Positions 59,224 to 64,000 of a DNA stretch of 64,000 bases are shown one piece after another. Within the stretch, counting starts at the first letter, position 1. Each line of letters begins with the position of its first letter. The stretch spans positions 9,426,634 through 9,490,633 of the forward strand of contig CP154954.1 in the NCBI GenBank assembly GCA_039621445.1. The letters are read 5' to 3'. The stretch is from Euglena gracilis (taxonomy: Eukaryota). A program made the translations under genes and the position numbers. The notes under the pieces are model-generated. The model saw nothing but the letters and a program-made list of their open reading frames with translations. It did no database searches and was not told the origin of the DNA.

Positions 59224-62200
59224 CAGTTGAGCAACAAAAAGGGATTTGCCCCCCAAATCGGTTTGGTAACACAAGGGATTTTGTTAATTTGGGGCCCTCG
59301 AACAGTTGAGCAACAAAAAGGGATTTGCCCCCCAAAACGGTTTGGTAGCACAAGGGATTTTGTTATTTCGGGGCCCTCGAACAGTTGAGCAACAAAAAGG
59401 GATTTGCCCCCCAAACCGGTTTGGTAACACAAGGGATTTTGTTACTTTGGGGCCCTCGAACAGTTGAGCAACAAAAAGAGATTTGCCCCTCAAAACGGTT
59501 TGGTAACACAAGGGATTTTGTTAATTTGGGGCCCTCGAACAGCTGAGCAACAAAAAGGGATTTGCCCCCCAAACCGGTTTGGTAACACAAGGGATTTTGT
59601 TATTTTGGGGCCCTCGAATGGTTGAGCAACAAAAAGGGATTTGCCCCCAAAACGGTTTGGTAACACAAGGGATTTTGTTAATTTGGGGCCCTCGAACAGT
59701 TGAGCAACAAAAAGGGATTTGCCCCCCAAAACGGTTTGGTAACACAAGGGATTTTGTTATTTTGGGGCCCTCGAATGGATGAGCAACAAAAAGGGATTTG
59801 CCGCCCAAAACGGTTTGGTAACACAAGGGATTTTGTTATTTTGGGGCCCTCGAATGGTTGAGCAACAAAAAGGGATTTGCCGCCCAAAACGGTTTGGTAA
59901 CACAAGGGATTTTGTTAATTTAGGGCCCTCGAACAGTTGAGCAACAAAAAGGGATTTGCCCCCCAAACCGGTTTGGTAACACAAGGGATTTTGTTATTTT
60001 GGGGCCCTCGAACAGTTGAGCAACAAAAAGGGATTTGCCCCCCAAACCGGTTTGGTAACACAAGGGATTTTGTTAATTTGGGGCCCTCGAACAGTTGAGC
60101 AACAAAAAGGGATTTGCCCCCCAAAACGGTTTGGTAACACAAGGGATTTTGTTATTTTGGGGCCCTCGAACAGTTGAGCAACAAAAAGGGATTTGCCCCC
60201 CAACCGGTTTGGTAACACAAGGGATTTTGTTAATTTGGGGCCCTCGAACAGTTGAGCAACAAAAAGGGATTTGCTCCCCAAACCGGTTTGGTAACACAAG
60301 GGATTTTGTTATTTTGGGGCCCTCGAATGGTTGAGCAACAAAAAGAGATTTGCCCCCCAAACCGGTTTGGTAACACAAGGGATTTTGTTTTTTTGGGGCC
60401 CTCGAACAGTTGAGCAACAAAAAGGGATTTGCCCCCCAAAACGGTTTGGTAACACAAGGGATTTTGTTATTTTGGGGCCCTCGAACAGTTGAGCAACAAA
60501 AAGGGATTTGCCCCCCAAAAAGGTTTGGTAACACAAGGGATTTTGTTATTTTGGGGCCCTCGAACAGTTGAGTAACAAAAAGGGATTTGCCCCCCAAAAC
60601 GGTTTGGTAACACAAAGGATTTTGTTAATTTGGGGCCGTCGAACAGTTGAGCAACAAAAAGGGATTTGCCCCCCAAAACGGTTTGGTAACACAAGGGATT
60701 TTGTTATTTTGGGGCCCTCGAACAGTTGAGCAACAAAAAGGGATTTGCCCCCCAACCGGTTTGGTAACACAAGGGATTTTGTTAATTTGGGGCCCTCGAA
60801 CAGTTGAGCAACAAAAAGGGATTTGCTCCCCAAACCGGTTTGGTAACACAAGGGATTTTGTTATTTTGGGGCCCTCGAATGGTTGAGCAACAAAAAGGGA
60901 TTTGCCCCCCAAACCGGTTTGGTAACACAAGGGATTTTGTTTTTTGGGGGCCCTCGAACAGTTGAGCAACAAAAAGGGATTTGCCCCCCAAACCGGTTTG
61001 GTAACACAAGGGATTTTGTTACTTTGGGGCCCTCGAACAGTTGAGCAACAAAAAGGGATTTGCCCCCCAAAACGGTTTGGTAACACAAGGGATTTTGTCA
61101 TTTTGGGGCCCTCGAACAGTTGAGCAACAAAAAGGGATTTGCCCCCCAAAACGGTTTGGTAATGTTATTTTGGGGCCCTCGAACAGTTGAGCAACAAAAA
61201 GGGATTTTCCCCCCAAAACGGTTTGGTAACACAAGGGATTTTGTTAATTTGGGGCCCTCGAACAGTTGAGCAACAAAAAGGGATTTGCCCCCCAAAACGG
61301 TTTGGTAACACAAGGGATTTTGTTATTTTGGGGCCCTCGAACAGTTGGGCAACAAAAAGGGATTTGCCCCCCAAACCGGTTTGGTAACACAAGGGATTTT
61401 GTTACTTTGGGGCCCTCGAACAGTTGAGCAACAAAAAGGGATTTGCCCCCCAAAACGGTTTGGTAACACAAGGGATTTTGTTACTTTGGGGCCCAGGAAT
61501 GGTTGAGCAACAAAAAGGGATTTGCCCCCCAAAACGGTTTGGTAACACAAGGGATTTTGTTAATTTGTGGCCCTCGAATGGTTGAGCAACAAAAAGGGAT
61601 TTGCCCCCCAAACCGGTTTGGTAACACAAGGGATTTTGTAATTTGGTGCCTTCGAACAGTTGAGCAACAAAAAGGGATTTGCCCCCCAAACCGGTTTGGT
61701 AACACAAGGGATTTTGTTATTTTGGGGCCCTCGAACAGTTGAGCAACAAAAAGGGATTTGCCCCCCAAAACGGTTTGGTAACACAAGGGATTTTGTTATT
61801 TTGGGGCCCTCGAACAGTTGAGCAACAAAAAGGGATTTGCCCCCCAAAACGGTTTGGTAACACAAGGGATTTTGTTATTTGGGGCCCTCGAACAGTTGAG
61901 CAACAAAAAGGGATTTGCCCCCCAAAACGGTTTGGTAACACAAGGGATTTTGTTATTTTGGGGCCCTCGAACAGTTGAGCAACAAAAAGGGATTTGCCCC
62001 CCAACCGGTTTGGTAACACAAGGGATTTTGTTAATTTGGGGCCCTCGAACAGTTGAGCAACAAAAAGGGATTTGCTCCCCAAACCGGTTTGGTAACACAA
62101 GGGATTTTGTTATTTTGGGGCCCTCGAATGGTTGAGCAACAAAAAGGGATTTGCCCCCCAAACCGGTTTGGTAACACAAGGGATTTTGTTTTTTTGGGGC

Positions 62201-64000
62201 CCTCGAACAGTTGAGCAACAAAAAGGGATTTGCCCCCCAAAACGGTTTGGTAACACAAGGGATTTTGTTAATTTGGGGCCCTCGAACAGTTGAGCAACAA
62301 AAAGGGATTTGCCCCCCAAAACGGTTTGGTAACACAAGGGATTTTGTTATTTTGGGGCCCTCGAACAGTTGAGCAACAAAAAGGGATTTGCCCCCCAAAA
62401 CGGTTTGGTAATGTTATTTTGGGGCCCTCGAACAGTTGAGCAACAAAAAGGGATTTGCCCCCCAAAACGGTTTGGTAACACAAGGGATTTTGTTAATTTG
62501 GGGCCCTCGAACAGTTGAGCAACAAAAAGGGATTTGCCCCCCAAAACGGTTTGGTAACACAAGGGATTTTGTTATTTTGGGGCCCTCGAACAGTTGGGCA
62601 ACAAAAAGGGATTTGCCCCCCAAACCGGTTTGGTAACACAAGGGATTTTGTTACTTTGGGGCCCCCGAACAGTTGAGCAACAAAAAGGGATTTGCCCCCC
62701 AAAACGGTTTGGTAACACAAGGGATTTTGTTATTTTGGGGCCCAGGAATGGTTGAGCAACAAAAAGGGATTTGCCCCCCAAAACGGTTTGGTAACACAAG
62801 GGATTTTGTTAATTTGTGGCCCTCGAATGGTTGAGCAACAAAAAGGGATTTGCCCCCCAAACCGGTTTGGTAACACAAGGGATTTTGTAATTTGGTGCCT
62901 TCGAACAGTTGAGCAACAAAAAGGGATTTGCCCCCCAAACCGGTTTGGTAACACAAGGGATTTTGTTATTTTGGGGCCCTCGAACAGTTGAACAACAAAA
63001 AGGGATTTGCCCCCCAAACCGGTTTGGTAACACAAGGGATTTTGTTATTTTGGGGCCCTCGAACAGTTGAGCAACAAAAAGGGATTTGCCCCCCAAACCG
63101 GTTTGGTAATACAAGGGATTTTGTTATTTTGGGGCCCTCGAATGGTTGAGGAAAAAAAAGGGATTTGCCCCCCAAAACGGTTTGGTAACACAAGGGATTT
63201 TGTTAATTTAGGGCCCTCGAACAGTTGAGCAACAAAAAGGGATTTGCCCCCCAAAACGGTTTGGTAACACAAGGGATTTTGTCATTTTGGGGCCCTCGAA
63301 CAGTTGAGCAACAAAAAGGGATTTGCCCCCCAAAACGGTTTGGTAACACAAGGGATTTTGTTAATTTGGGGCCTTCGAATGGTTGAGCAACAAAAAGGGA
63401 TTTGCCCCCCAAACCGGTTTGGTAACACAAGGGATTTTGTTATTTTGGGGCCCTTGAACAGTTGAGCAACAAAAAGGGATTTGCCCCCCAAAACGGTTTG
63501 GTAACACAAGGGATTTTGTTAATTTGGGGCCTTCGAACAGTTGAGCAACAAAAAGGGATTTGCCCCCCAAACCGGTTTGGTAACACAAGGGATTTTGTTA
63601 TTTTGGGGCCCTCGAACAGTTGAGCAACAAAAAGAGATTTGCCCCCCAAACCGGTTTCGTAACACAAGGGATTTTGTTACTTTGGGGCCCTCGAACTGTT
63701 GAGCAACAAAAAGAGACTTGCCCCCCAAAACGATTTGGTAACACAAGGGATTTTGTTAATTTGGGGGCCTCGAACAGTTGAGCAACAAAAAGGGATTTGC
63801 CCCCCAAACCGGTTTGGTAACACAAGGGATTTTGTTATTTTGGGGCCCTCGAAAGGTTGAGCAACAAAAAGGGATTTGCCCCCCAAAACGGTTTGGTAAC
63901 ACAAGGGATTTTGTTAATTTGGGGCCCTCGAACAGTTGAGCAACAAAAAGGGATTTGCCCCCCAAAACGGTTTGGTAACACAAGGGATTTTGTTATTTTG

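Larger units (their letters stand above)
49236..64000 (+). repeat. 79-bp satellite array (blocks 49236-49997, 53557-53873, 57432-64000 and beyond), interrupted by transposons
   Basis: Unit ggtttggtaacacaagggattttgttaatttggggccctcgaacagttgagcaacaaaaagggatttgccccccaaaac; pseudo-ORFs recur every 79 nt. Confidence 0.98.

Noticed and set aside
49236-64000. CRISPR-like array or repeated 75-aa ORFs
   Set aside because: No unique spacers and no cas genes; 79-bp period is not a multiple of 3; eukaryotic satellite

Overview
Eukaryotic, repeat-rich genomic DNA, most likely from a photosynthetic euglenid (Euglena-like). The inference rests on many exon junctions that follow the euglenid nonconventional-intron pattern (CAG at intron +4..+6 pairing with CTG at -8..-6, no GT-AG). 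The main gene is a minus-strand receptor-type class III adenylate cyclase (TM - extracellular domain - TM - HAMP-like - cyclase - tail). I reconstructed it by eye from about 28 exons (about 2.6 kb coding, several micro-exons of 20-32 nt) spread over 10014-43240. Its introns are packed with MITE-like and foldback elements and one decayed multi-ORF insertion. A second fragmented minus-strand gene probably lies below about 9.6 kb. At 47.7-48.5 kb a truncated non-LTR-retrotransposon-like ORF carries two tandem 2A-like (T2A-like) peptides. From 49.2 kb onward the window is a 79-bp satellite with higher-order structure. It contains a tandemly duplicated (3876-bp period) MITE holding a 3.4-kb TIR element with a 5-bp TSD and eight dispersed 22-bp palindromes. 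Most ORFs in the supplied track are artefacts of repeats. Exon boundaries are manual and some may be off by a few nt.
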